Part shown: piece after piece, positions 21,301 to 32,783 of the stretch
Layout of the letters: every line of letters starts with the position of its first letter
How positions within the stretch are numbered: the first letter of the stretch is position 1
NCBI GenBank assembly: GCA_049999805.1
Contig: JBNGIO010006239.1
Location: 7,001-45,742, forward strand
DNA: 38,742 bases
From: Folioceros fuciformis
Taxonomy: Eukaryota
Direction: 5' to 3'
Notes under the pieces: model-generated
The model's database searches: none
What the model saw: only the letters and a program-made list of their open reading frames with translations
Told to the model about the DNA's origin: nothing
Position numbers and translations under genes: made by a program

Positions 21301-22311
21301 TTGGAGGGAAATTGTTCAATCAAATATATCCTCTCTTCATGGTCATTTACACTGGGTTGTTAGCCAGCAATATTTTCCCGCGGTTGGTTGAGTATGTCGG
21401 AGGCTGGCACAGGTTCAAAGTTGACCGTGAACATGACCATGAAGCTGTTGTAGAGGGATGTGATCCTTCAGGGGTGATCATCATCAAAAAAGGTGCTCGG
21501 GATGCTCAACATTTACTGCTCATTGTTGATTGAGATTCAAGGGACATTCTGTCACCAGCTCAGAGGATTTTCTCCATGTTTCAGAACGTACGGGTTTGGA
21601 GCAAGGTGGCAATATTGGTGACAACGTTGTACCTCTGGCAAGACATTTTGGTCATGTGGATCAAGACCATGAAAGCGGGGGAAATCCTGAAGAGGTGAGT
21701 TCATTCGGGCTAGACCTAGTCGGTCTGGGAGTTTGTTGTGATATCATGGCTTTAAATACGAGAAAGACGCGAGAAAGTCGCACCGCTTACGCTTGCTCGT
21801 TGTCTTTTTGGTGCAGAAACTTTTGCAGGAGAAAACCAGCACAAATGTGGTGTCAAAAGCTGAACCTGAAGATAGAAGTCGATTAGTTCCATTGGCTACG
21901 AGTGAACAATTTCCGTCCACCAGAGACAACATCACAGCAAAATACGCAGCCTTGCGAGAAAATCTCCATAAGGCTGATGGCTCGAGGCCAAATCCGTTTA
22001 ACCCTTCAGCGAAACCGCCTGATAGCAGCTCAAGGAATCCTTTCTCAGAGGGGAACGGAGGGTTGTCTCGACCTAAAAATCCTTTCGTGGAAGGGAATGG
22101 AGGGCTCAAAAATACATGGGGAAATGTCACGACAGGAGGGATGGATGTGCAGGCAGCCATTGTGGGCAAGCGCTTTGCACCGTTGAGGAATTTCGAGGAC
22201 AGGGAAGCTGCTAAGGTGCAAACATCCTCGGCAGAGACGCTAGATAACATATTTGCAGGGCTGAAGACTAGAAAGCCTGATAGTGGCGACGACATGGATC
22301 TACTACGGTGA
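18367..22311 (+). CDS. LMBR1-domain membrane protein (LMBRD2-like), multi-exon
   Basis: Exons give MWFFYAL..IVLVPADIWT, WGWSYWSTF, VPLLQGFEDAGDFT, MACSNTFGLVTGAFLLGYGL, GGRMGESDMDYDTDE, MVARYAAPLSYNYLNLI and FNQIYPLFMVIYT. Confidence 0.92.
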
Positions 22312-22582
22312 CCTCCACCTCCCATGGTCTACTCCTCCAAGTTTCGGGCCATCTGACTGAACTGGCGTAGCCGAATCTGTCACAAATCCCTGTCACCAGC
22401 CAAATACTGATTGGGATCATTTAAGTTGTCTGCGTGACAAGGTGCCGGGAACCCCGGAACAATCCCATGAGTGATGGCCGTGTGCCATCTGCTGGCACCA
22501 GTAGTTCTGCTCCTGGCTTCGAGATCAAATTCTCCTTCACCTCAAGTAGCCTTACCGAATGCAGTATAATAACATTCAGCGT

Positions 22583-22712
22583 CCTTGAATGGATGGAGTT
22601 GTAAACAGGCATTTGGAAGCATGCTTGAATGCATGAAGTTATACGCTGGCGTTTTGGAAGCATCCTCGAAAGCATGAAGTTGTAAGCAGGCGTTTGGAAT
22701 GGATGAGTTGAA
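22583..22712. repeat. Degenerate ~41-bp tandem repeat (about 3 copies)
   Basis: Recurring unit of the form gttgtaa.caggc.tttggaagcat.ct.gaa.gcatgaa between the LMBR1 and AXY9-like genes. Confidence 0.6.
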
Positions 22713-22862
22713 GCTGAGGATGAGCAGCCTGACTAATAAGACCCGCCGCTTGCCAACCTCCTGGAGTGGCGTAGCGGGTGGTGAAAATATACCGGCCAGA
22801 CGACTGACGGCCTTGGGCTTGCATTGGCAATGAACCTGACCTGACTCCAGACAGCAAAGGCA

Positions 22863-23882
22863 ATGTCAGTGGCAGGGCGGGTCATGTCGGTGGTTAGCTC
22901 GGCTATGCTGCGCCACGGAGCACGCATCGCGCTTGTGTCCCTGTGCTTGATCCTGGCTGCTTCCATGCACATGCAGGTGTGGGAACAGCTGCCGCCATTC
23001 CCGTGGTTCTCAACAGACACGGCAGCAGGGACTGGAGCACGGACAGGGTGGCCAGCGTCGCCGATCTCGCCGCTTTGTCACGCACAGCTCCACGACATCA
23101 ACTGGACGGAAATGCGGAGCTTCCCTGCACCCGAGAGCGAGGTGACTTGGTCTCGGGTTGCCACTTCCCAAGCATGCCAATACGAGAGGGTAACCAAGGA
23201 GAAGGCGGGGGCGCTGCTAAGAGGAAAGCGGGTGCGCGTGTCCGGGGACTCCCAATCCCGCTTCTTCTTCATTGCGCTCTTGAAGTGGGTGCTACCTGAC
23301 GACAGGGAGTTCGTACGAGCGATAAAAGGCTTGAAGCGCCACAGCGACTACACTCACGTTTGGCGGCAGCAGCAGACCGTGTTCCACTTCGACTGGGCTC
23401 CTTACAGCCGCAACCTCTCGGACGCGATTGCAGATGTAGCAGAGACGCACCTCTACCCTGACTTGGTGGTGCTGGGAGCCGGGCTGTGGCATATGCTTCA
23501 CGTGACCAACCCCAGAGACTACGAGGAGTCCCTGCAGGAGCTGCGGCAAGCAGCTGCGACTATGATCCTGAACGCCAGCCGGGTGGCCCATGTGCGTGTT
23601 CCGCAGACATTCTGGTTGAATATCCCAACTTTGATCCGAAAGCTTCTCAACACCGAGGATAAGAGGGTCCGTATGACAGAGAAAATGTGCCGTTTGTACG
23701 ACGCAGGCCTGAGAAGGAGCCAGGTGCTGCAACCCCACGGACCCGCCATGCTCGTGGACCTGAGGCGCTTAACATCAGACTGTGGCCCGGATTGCACCGA
23801 AGACGGTATGCACTACTCGGATGCCACTTACCATGCTGCTGTCCAGATAGTTCTCAACGCCTTTCAGATTTTACACCCCTGA
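22863..23882 (+). CDS. AXY9: ALTERED XYLOGLUCAN 9-like polysaccharide O-acetylation protein (SGNH / PC-esterase fold), intronless
   Basis: N-terminal TM segment, GDSQSR, KRHSDY, DWAPY, GAGLWHMLHVTN, LNTEDKR and C..C..DGMHY. GDS and DxxH motifs intact. Confidence 0.85.
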   Translation: MSVAGRVMSVVSSAMLRHGARIALVSLCLILAASMHMQVWEQLPPFPWFSTDTAAGTGARTGWPASPISPLCHAQLHDINWTEMRSFPAPESEVTWSRVATSQACQYERVTKEKAGALLRGKRVRVSGDSQSRFFFIALLKWVLPDDREFVRAIKGLKRHSDYTHVWRQQQTVFHFDWAPYSRNLSDAIADVAETHLYPDLVVLGAGLWHMLHVTNPRDYEESLQELRQAAATMILNASRVAHVRVPQTFWLNIPTLIRKLLNTEDKRVRMTEKMCRLYDAGLRRSQVLQPHGPAMLVDLRRLTSDCGPDCTEDGMHYSDATYHAAVQIVLNAFQILHP

Positions 23883-24033
23883 GGATGGGTAGAAACTCCC
23901 TCGGCCGCGGGCTCAGGGTTTGCATCCTATAGAAGGAAGGTGGATGGCAGAAGCCTACCCCTGAGGTGAGAGGGAAGAGCTCTCTATCGGGAACCGAGTA
24001 GCTTAATTCTTGAAGGGTATGCAGTTTTGAGTG

Positions 24034-25605
24034 CTAGACATGACCTGATCTCACACAGAACTCCCGCATGAAACGAAAAATGTTGTTCACCTCATGCTCA
24101 GGTTGTTCCATGGTTCCCCCTTCCCCCTCCCCATCGTCCCCCTGCTCTTGTTCTCCCCCCTCCTCCTCTTCTTCTTCTTCATCGTCCTCCTCCTCTTCCT
24201 CCGAGCCCCGCCTCCCCAGCCAATCCCTGTACAGAGCGAGCCTGGTGTCTTCGCCAAAGCTCGCAAGATACCTCTCATCCTCAGGAACCGGAATCCAGTC
24301 CTCCATGTGAAGGTTGGGGTGCGGGTCGACAGGATCCCTTCCGGGCACAGGCTCCCCGTGCAGTTGACAAAAATTATGAAGCACGCAGCAGGCAACGGCG
24401 GTCTGAGCCGCATACTCCAACCCGACGTCCATGTTCCTCATAATCCTCCACCTGCTCTTGAGCATCCCGAACGCGGCCCCGATCCTCTCCCTCCCCTTGC
24501 TCAGCTGCGCGTCGAAGGCATTGAGGTGACACACGCTGTTGCCTTGATCCTCCCGCCCCGGGCTTCCGCCAGCAAATGGAGTGATGAGAAACGGGAGCAG
24601 CGGGTACGCGGAATCCCCAACCAAATACGGTCTCACCTCCCTCCCGTCCACCACCTCCAGCGGCTCCGCCAGCTCCCCGCCTTCCATGAGCTTACTCCAC
24701 AGCCGACTAGACCTCAAGTGCGCCGCGTCCCCCAGCCCGCCCGGACCGTTACAGCACACGTCCCAGAAGACGCAGTCGGCATCGCACACGCCCTGGAGCA
24801 GCACGCTGTAGAACCCGTGCTGCGTCCAATACCTTGGGGGGGAGGAATCCGACGAAGGGATCTGGCTGAGCCGGACGTGAGTCCCGTCGATGGCACCGCA
24901 CACATTAGGCAGGCCAGTGACGGCCTGGAAGCCGAGCGCGATCCTGCGCAACCGCCTGCCCGCCGGCGCCTGCACGTACCTGGAGTAGAGCTTGCCGCGG
25001 CTGGCAAGGGCGTGCGTCACCACGAGGGTGTAGCAGGCTACGGCGGCCGAGGAGACGGCGTACAGCTCGGCGACGGCGGCGGGGGCCAGACCGTGCGCGA
25101 GGCGGTGCAGAACCATGGCCACGGCCCGCTCCACCTCCACGGGAGCACACTCCCCTGCCGCCACCGCCTGCTGCTGCGCCTGCTGCAGGAAAGGCCGCAG
25201 CTCCTCCACCAGCAAGGTGAAGACCGGAAAGGAGACGCGGTATCGCCGCCTCCACTGCCGGTTCCTGCTCGCCTCGTCCATGCGCCGCGCTCTACTGTGC
25301 AGCAGCTTCCAGGAGGTAGCTTTCCTCGGGAGCTTGCAGGCTCGGGATCCTCCGCTACCGCTTCCTCCTCCTCCATGCTGCTGCTGCTCCCTCTCCTGCT
25401 GCTTCTCCTTGTCGGACGCGCACACCAGAGCGAACAGCGCCGCGTAGAGCATCACCACCACAGGCGCCATGGGCATCTGCAACACCATCAGCTTCACCAC
25501 CGCCGACTCCATGGCGCTCCCCTCCATGCCTACCGGCTCCCCCTCCCTCCCCCTGCCACACTGCCACGCCCCGCTCCTCACCCATTTTGCGCCCGGAACT
25601 ATCAA
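24034..25605 (-). CDS. PIF/Harbinger transposase-derived nuclease-like protein (ALP1/HARBI1-like, DDE_Tnp_4); start may be a downstream Met
   Basis: HTH-like region (VAMVLHRLAHG), GAIDGTH, YLVGDSAYPL, AFGMLKSRW, ACCVLHNFC and an acidic tail. Intact 523-aa ORF; no TIRs seen. Confidence 0.9.
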   Translation of the reverse strand: MIVPGAKWVRSGAWQCGRGREGEPVGMEGSAMESAVVKLMVLQMPMAPVVVMLYAALFALVCASDKEKQQEREQQQHGGGGSGSGGSRACKLPRKATSWKLLHSRARRMDEASRNRQWRRRYRVSFPVFTLLVEELRPFLQQAQQQAVAAGECAPVEVERAVAMVLHRLAHGLAPAAVAELYAVSSAAVACYTLVVTHALASRGKLYSRYVQAPAGRRLRRIALGFQAVTGLPNVCGAIDGTHVRLSQIPSSDSSPPRYWTQHGFYSVLLQGVCDADCVFWDVCCNGPGGLGDAAHLRSSRLWSKLMEGGELAEPLEVVDGREVRPYLVGDSAYPLLPFLITPFAGGSPGREDQGNSVCHLNAFDAQLSKGRERIGAAFGMLKSRWRIMRNMDVGLEYAAQTAVACCVLHNFCQLHGEPVPGRDPVDPHPNLHMEDWIPVPEDERYLASFGEDTRLALYRDWLGRRGSEEEEEDDEEEEEEEGGEQEQGDDGEGEGGTMEQPEHEVNNIFRFMREFCVRSGHV

Positions 25606-26779
25606 ACAATTTGCAATTACATACTGTCTTGCAATATCTAATCTCTATCGTTTTCGGTCTAAAAAGTGTACCTACTGCACATGACGTACCTGGTCACATA
25701 ACCGCGCGGTCAGATCGAGGGCCGCTTTCTAAACTACCTCTGTACGTACACACAGGTACGCAGTTTTGGTAGGTGGCAAGAGCCCTTTCCAAACCTCTTT
25801 TTCATAGTACGAACTGTTTGTTTCTTGTGTGGAAAGTATGGGTTGTCGGTCGGCCTTTCTTTTATACCCAATATTGTGAATTGAATGGTCAATAATTTTA
25901 TTATAAATTATTAATAATTTTTAGTCATAATATCTTGAGACTTGGGTGTTCTTTCATTTCCTAGTTCCTAGTTCTTTGATAGGTTCTTCTTTCTCTATTC
26001 AGCTATCCCTTTCCATATCTCTCTCTTAATAAACTCTTCAATGTATATATATGAGAAAAATTACTTATATTTATACAGAAAAATAATTGAAGTATCTTAG
26101 GTGTTTTTTTATTAATTAAAAATATGCATACTTATAGAAAACTAGATAACAAATAAGTTCATGCTTAAAGACAATTTATGCATGACTTGGTTCTTGCTTA
26201 AGTACTAGAAATTAATGTCCAAAGATAAATGATTGTCTTTCAATCCATATAGCTTTCACTAGAAAGATTTTACAACTCATAAAACTTTCATTTAGATCAA
26301 TGGTTCTCCTATTGTCTCAAAGGAAAATTACTCTCAACTCAAAACTAGAAGTCTTCCTTCATCCTTGACACATTTGGTGATCTTAACTGAAGCAACTAAC
26401 ATACATGTTATTGTTTTAGTTGGTTTATCAATGGATACTTAGAAGGTGAGTGTAAGGGTTATCTTGACTGTTTGATCATCAACATCACTTCTTCAATAAA
26501 GTAGGTGTGTGATGCTATTGGAGAGAAAGTAATGTTCTCAACCCAAGTATAAACATGTGCTCAAGTGATCTAGATAGGGACAATATTTTGATCCCTAACT
26601 AAGTCTTGCCATCATCGCTTCAAACATTTTCTTTTGTCCTTACACACATTAGGTTAATCATCTTTAGGTGCCATGACTGGTTCCTTGTTGATATCAACAT
26701 TAACACTTACAAGCCCATTATATCTATTTTTTGTTAATTTTTTTCTTAATTACTTACATATAGAAGATAAATTTGTGGG

Positions 26780-27571
26780 CTATTTCTTAAGATCACGAAT
26801 AAGGGCTTTAGTGATTTCCACAGCAAGGAGAGAGTTTTTCATAGCAAAGTCTTCATACTCTTTGGAAAAAACTATGTCATCGTAGCTCTTTAAAATCACT
26901 CCAATAGCTGTATCTTTCAATGTGCTAGTAGAGCAAAGAGTTGCTAGTTCAATAATCTCTAGAACATTTGAAGAGGAGATAGTTGTGGCTATGTATGACT
27001 CACAAACTTTCCCCAATACAGGAATATCGTATTTATCGGCTGCAATCAGAAGAGCATGGGCATGTTGGGCCATGGCTTCTTCTGGAATTTCAGCACAATA
27101 CAAAAATTCTAGAAGGTGCTTCATCTGAGCATGGCTTAGCTCTAGAATATGAATGGCCCCTTTGTGAGCCTCCTTACAGTAATCAGACTCAAACATAGCC
27201 TTAAAGACTGGGGATTTTGTTGCCATGACAACTCTATGGGCGTGGATTGAAAGGCCATCGCTAGTCTTTATTTCCACATCTGAATGAGCACCTTCTCGAA
27301 ATGCTTCGACAAGAGATTCTAAGAACTCAAGCTTTTCAGAAGTTTCTTCTTCTAATTGCTCTAATTGCTTCATCACTTTGAAAGCTTGAGCAAGACCCCC
27401 TTGCCTTACCCCTAAAGATTTGGATTTGTCTAGATCGTCATCCCTCCATTCGTGTTCTAATTTTCTTGATAGATCAAGAATGGCTCGCCCACCTTCAAAG
27501 CAGCTTATACATATGGTGTTTCGGGGAGATCTGTAAGTATTCCCAGAAGAGCTACACAAGCAACAATCCAT
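26780..27571 (-). CDS. BTB/POZ domain protein with N-terminal Cys cluster (At3g56230/At1g01640-like), intronless
   Basis: MDCCLC..PRNTICISCFEG, SDVEIKT..AHRVVMATKSPVFKAMF, LLEFLY and AADKYDIPVL. Confidence 0.93.
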   Translation of the reverse strand: MDCCLCSSSGNTYRSPRNTICISCFEGGRAILDLSRKLEHEWRDDDLDKSKSLGVRQGGLAQAFKVMKQLEQLEEETSEKLEFLESLVEAFREGAHSDVEIKTSDGLSIHAHRVVMATKSPVFKAMFESDYCKEAHKGAIHILELSHAQMKHLLEFLYCAEIPEEAMAQHAHALLIAADKYDIPVLGKVCESYIATTISSSNVLEIIELATLCSTSTLKDTAIGVILKSYDDIVFSKEYEDFAMKNSLLAVEITKALIRDLKK

Positions 27572-28696
27572 GATAGTGCAGTGACTTACATTTATGAAGA
27601 TGTTGTAGTTTTATCGGTTAAGATGCAATGCTCCTTGCAAAGATTGACATGTAGAGAAAGACAACAAAAAATTTCAATTTTCTTCCTTTTATCCAATAAG
27701 AAGAATTCTGAAATAAGCTATTAAAACTAATTAGGTAAACTGTTATAAAATTTTAAAAAATAGATTAATAGTTAATATATATTTTAATTATTATAGTGGT
27801 GTGCAACGTAGGAGAAGGTTGGAAGTTATAATTAGGAGGTTGTTATTGATAAACTTTCAATAATCAAAAGTGATGGCTGAAAACGGAAAGTATAGCATGA
27901 TGAGAGCATGCTCCTGTCTTGGCCGAGAGAGCGGAAACTGAAAGAGGATCCACGACCACTGATGACGGCGTTCCTGCCAATGGAATCCCGGGCAAACGAC
28001 AACCGATTCCTGTAACGCTTACCCTGAATATTGTCAGTCGTTTGGCTCGTACCTCTCATATGGACAGGACTTCCTTAACGCTGTCCGGGTCTTCTGTGAC
28101 TGTCAAAAGCCCTGGGCCCCATTCCTCCTTCCACCGAGCTCCCATGTAGGGAGATTGTTAGCACATGAGTACAAGGAAGCGCTCTTTACGCTCTCCATGC
28201 GTCTGGAGCCTATTCCAAGGTACTACAGGGTGAGCTTGTGCAGGACATGGGCGGTGACCATGGGCTGTGATTACCTCGAGTCACTTGGAGTTTCACCTTC
28301 GAGCTCCAAATCAAGCTGTGAGCAATGTAAACAACCCTTCCACGTTCATGTGCTGGTGGACGTGCTTGCCCACATTGAAGACTCTCCGGCTACCGGGAAC
28401 AGTGGAGAGCCGGAGAGTACCCTGAACCAGCGTGCTGGCGGTGAAGTTGAAAATGTTGTCCCTTCACACCCAGTTGGACAAAAAAACAGTGTGCAAGCCA
28501 CAGCAGGAGCACGTTGAATCCAAACAACCCAAATAATATCAATCAGGAATGGGGTACGGCCAAAATTGGCAGCCAGAAAGATTTTGAACAATATCTACAG
28601 CAGGCTGTGTTAGCCCCGCAACAACCATTGCCTAAGGCAAGCTAACCTGAACCAACACCCCGGTGGCTATGTATGTACACGGGGCGTGATGTCAAC

Positions 28697-30046
28697 TTAA
28701 AGGATCAGTCCTTGGGCTGGAGGAGGGCCTGACTTCACAGACGCTCCCCGAACAGATGGATCATAAATAGTAGGGTACCTCACTGGCCCGGACTCTGCTG
28801 CCGCACTCAAGGAAACAGCTGCTGGAGGAGTTAAGTTTTGCTGCTGCACTGCCTGAAACTGGGAGTACTCGTTGCCTGCAGGGCTGCTGTATACGTCCCC
28901 TCTGTCGTCCGTCTCGACAGTCTTGGGAGCCTGTGTTTGAAGGACTTTCTCCTTTGTTTTCTGGCCCACATCCGCTGCAGCCTTCTGCACCCTGCTGAAA
29001 GCCCCCGTCACCCATGTCGCACCTGTCAACACGTACTTGTTCTTCATCAAGGCAGAGCCTGCGAGGTTAACCTTCTGCTCAGCCGCTGCAAACACAGTTC
29101 TCGTCTTCTCTGACACCTGGAACTTCTGGTCCACAGCTTTCACTCTCTCATTCACAGCCGTCGTCCCGGCATTCAGCTTCTGCGTCAGCCCCATCTTCTT
29201 GTCCAGATTCGACACTGTGGCTGATGCACTGGCAGTCAGTTTGTGCTTGTCATCAAAGGCTTTCGCTTTGGACATGGCATCCTTGCCGAGAACAAACCCC
29301 CTTGCTAGCATAGATGCAATCACCTCTTCCGCCTTCGTAAGGTTATGAGGCTGGTTCAACCACGAACAAAGCGGATGAGTACACCTCAATCGTTGGGAAG
29401 TAGGAAACCACTACCAAGAAGGAACCACAAGACAGAGGTAAAACATAACACACCGTAGCGTCAGATCCCTCAGCGTGGGGAGAAACGAACTCGTCATCAG
29501 CAGCCACATCGATGTTCACCGCCTGGTCGACAATAGTTGCTCCCTGGCCCGGCGAACATCACCCACAAGTCTTCAGAACCAATCAGGGTCACCTAAGGCC
29601 ACCTCCAAGCGACCAGGCAACTAAAAGAATTCAACAATGACAGCAACATGACCGCGTCCTTACAGATAGGAGAAGCGCGGTATCCAAGGCCCCAACCTCC
29701 TTAAATGTCACAAACGCAACCTGCGAGCTCTCACCGTCCCTGCAAAGCCCGAAGCGCATGATACTGCCATAAGGAGACGCCAGACAAGGCCCCAAACAAC
29801 ATCCAGAAGGCAATTTCTGGACGCCAGCACACGAACCTCCGAAGCTCGATGTTCTGGATCTCTCCGGAGAAAGAAAAGAAATCCATGATGTCACTCTCCG
29901 TTGCTCTAGGAGAGACATTGCTCACCCGTACGATACTCCCTTGGGCTTGCTAAGACACATGGGCATAAGAAAATCAGCATTTCAGCCATCCTTGCGCCGT
30001 TCTGCCAGGAACATCAGATCGAACACAAGGCGCAACTCACCGCCAT
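28697..30046 (-). CDS. RRM protein, Binding Partner of ACD11 (BPA1/BPL)-like
   Basis: Micro-exon ATGGCG (30046-30041), then VRVSNVSPRATESDIMDFFSFSGEI, AFVTFKE..ALLLSGATIVDQAV, KAEEVIASMLARGFVLGKDA and C-terminal PAQGLIL*. Confidence 0.9.
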
Positions 30047-30529
30047 GGCTCGATCACACGACCGGAGGAACAGAACAAAACACCTGTATGGAAAGCTCGC
30101 ACACCACACAACGCCCCGCACGCAAACCAAAAAGCAGCTAAGACACAAGGCTGCGACAGCTGGATAATCCCAGGCAGACAAGCTCCTCAGCGCGGGAACA
30201 TAGTCAGATCCCGTAGTCTCGACACACAGCCCTAAATAAACGAAAGGTAACGCGCTTTCGGAGGCAACCGGGAAACCGGCACCCTCGTCCTACAGAATCA
30301 AGAAAGATCCAAGACTTAAGGGCAACTGCGCGAGGGCCACGTGCCCAGAAACGCCGTCTGATTTAGGCGGCAGGCTTCGCGGTCGGCTTTCGCGAGCAGC
30401 AGCCACTGCGGTGACCTGGTAGCTGCGGGCAAGCACTCGGATGAGAAGCCTGAGAGAATTTGCTTTGCTGGACTGGGGTACGGTTAGATTGCACTTGCGG
30501 TAGTTGGATTTTCTGTGCTGTTGTCGCCA

Positions 30530-32783
30530 ATGGCGCGCTCCGGATCCCTGGGGTTGTTGCTGCTGCTGGCCACACTGATCTGCGTGGCTGGGGAGGTGCT
30601 GGATCTTGATCCTGACAACTTCGACGAGGAGGTGGGGGAGCAGAAAGGGGCGTTGGTGGAGTTCTTCGCACCTTGGTGAGTGATTCATAGTTTCCAATAA
30701 GAGCTGGCAAGGATGGGGTTGGATTTCATACTTCAGGGTATCGACGGGACTGTCTAGGACTGTGGACGCCGGATGGTGGATTCTCTGAATTGCATTGTTG
30801 TGACTCTGGGCTGATATGTGGAGCTCCGAATCTTGCCCTAACTTGAGGTTTCTGAGGGAATGGTGGAACCCAGACTAAATTTTGATGCGGGTAGTATTTT
30901 TTTATGCTGGCGTGCAAGAGGATTCGCTGAAGTTTTTGGTGTTGCTGTAGGTGTGGTCACTGCAAGAGGTTGGCTCCCGAATATGAAAAGCTTGGGGCTG
31001 CATTCAAGAAGACTCAGTCTGTTCTGATCGCCAAGGTAAGAGCGATGGAGCTCGTCGCTAGTTGGGGGTTTCAGGTGGATTTTGCAGGGAGCTACTGCTG
31101 TTGTTACGGTTGTCACCTTGGGGTGAGGATAATCTGGCATTATTTCTTGAATTCACTGTGTTTTTATTGGCTGATATTGTCAGGTTGACTGTGACGCTCA
31201 CAAGAGTGTGTGCACCAAATATGGGGTCTCCGGTTATCCAACCTTGAAGTGGTTTCCTGCGGGGTCTCTGACTCCCAAGGAGTAGGTTCTCAGGCTGTGC
31301 TCTAGCTCTCAGCTCCTCTAGACGTTTGTCTTAGGAAGTAGTTTCGATTCCCTGGAGACATCTTCACACGTGTCTGTGTGCTGCGCAGGTACTCTGGTGG
31401 CCGAACTCTGGAGGATCTTGTGGAATTCGTGAATGCAGAAGCGGGTATGGGTGACTTTGACCTGGCTCCTATTCGAGTCCAAGTGAGTGCACATTTTTGT
31501 CTCTCTTCAGTTGTACGTTGACCAGCTTGTAATGTGCAGGCACGTCTGTCAAACTGGCAACAACAACTTCTGATGTCGTGGTGTTGACTCCTTCCAACTT
31601 CAATGCTGTGGTCTTAGACAAGTCCAAGCATGTTCTGGTTGAATTCTATGCACCTTGGTATATCCTGATACGTCCTTTCTATGGTTTGCATTGAAAGGTA
31701 GCTAGCAGCGGTGGCTAATTAACTGACTGGCTTCCTCCACTTTGGATGGGTGCCATGTTGTTCAGGTGTGGTCACTGCAAAAGTCTTGCTCCAGTAAGCA
31801 TCTTAGATTATCATCAGTCTGGCGTTTATGATTCCTCTGTCAACGAGTATGCCTCTCAAATCTCTGTGTGTTGCAGGTATACGAGCAACTAGCTAGTGCT
31901 TTCAAAGGAGAGAGCGACGTGGTAGTTGCCAAGTTGGATGCTGATGCTCACAAGGATCTAGCTGAAAGGTACGTCTTCCTGTGTTTGCTGAAGGAGCGGG
32001 TGAGGTTAGGTCTAAGCGCCTCTCTTCTGTCTGCGTAGATACGATGTTAGTGGATTTCCAACTCTGAAATGGTTCCCCAAGACCAACAAAGAAGGTGAGA
32101 ACTATGAGGAGGGCCGAAGTCTGGAAGACCTAGTTGCTTTTGTCAATACGAAAGCAGGTACGAGTCGAACTACTTCAGGCGGTTTGGACGAAAATGTAAG
32201 TGCTTTCTGGAGGCTTCTTGAGGACAGTTCAGCAGGAATGTCTTCGACTGGCTATTGGTCATGGGCTTAAATTTCGACATACAATGCAGGCCGGGAAGGT
32301 TCCCGAACTTGAGAAATTTATCGATGAATTTTTGGCCGCGAATCTGAAGGAGAAAGAAGCCATCATCGAGAAAGCGGAAGAGACGTCTTCCACCCTTGAT
32401 GGGTCAGCCGCAAAGTTAGTGTTGGTGATTGCCTTGCCGCCTTTCGCACAAACGGTGCAAAGTCGGGGTGTTTTATGTGAGATCGGTGCAGGTACTCGAA
32501 GGTGTACATCAAGGCCTTGAAGTCTATTGTTGCGAAGGGCGATGAATACGCGAAGAACGAGCTCCGCAGGCTTGAGCGTGTACTATCAGGGGTGAGTTGT
32601 CTCTCTTCGCTCTCTCCTCTCGTTGGAGAGTCATTTCTCCCTCGCCACCTGGGCATGCAGTACCGTCCAATAAGCGTACCGGCAGTGAAAAGATGTTGTC
32701 ATGCGCAGGCTGTCAACCCGCACAAGGTGGATGAATTCATTGTGAAGAAAAACGTCTTAGCTTCATTTGTGAAGGATCAATAG
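30530..32783 (+). CDS. Protein disulfide isomerase-like 2-1 / PDI11 type (two thioredoxin domains plus ERp29-like C-domain, no KDEL)
   Basis: Signal peptide [21 protein letters not shown]. Two W|CGHCK sites, each split by an intron. [40 protein letters not shown] and [13 protein letters not shown]. Confidence 0.95.

Noticed and set aside
24094-25641. 515-aa antisense ORF over the Harbinger-derived gene
   Set aside because: Expected from very high GC content and codon bias; low-complexity translation with no recognisable motifs.
32700-32783. PDI lacking a KDEL/HDEL retention signal
   Set aside because: Normal for the PDIL2-1/PDI11 subfamily with an ERp29-like domain.
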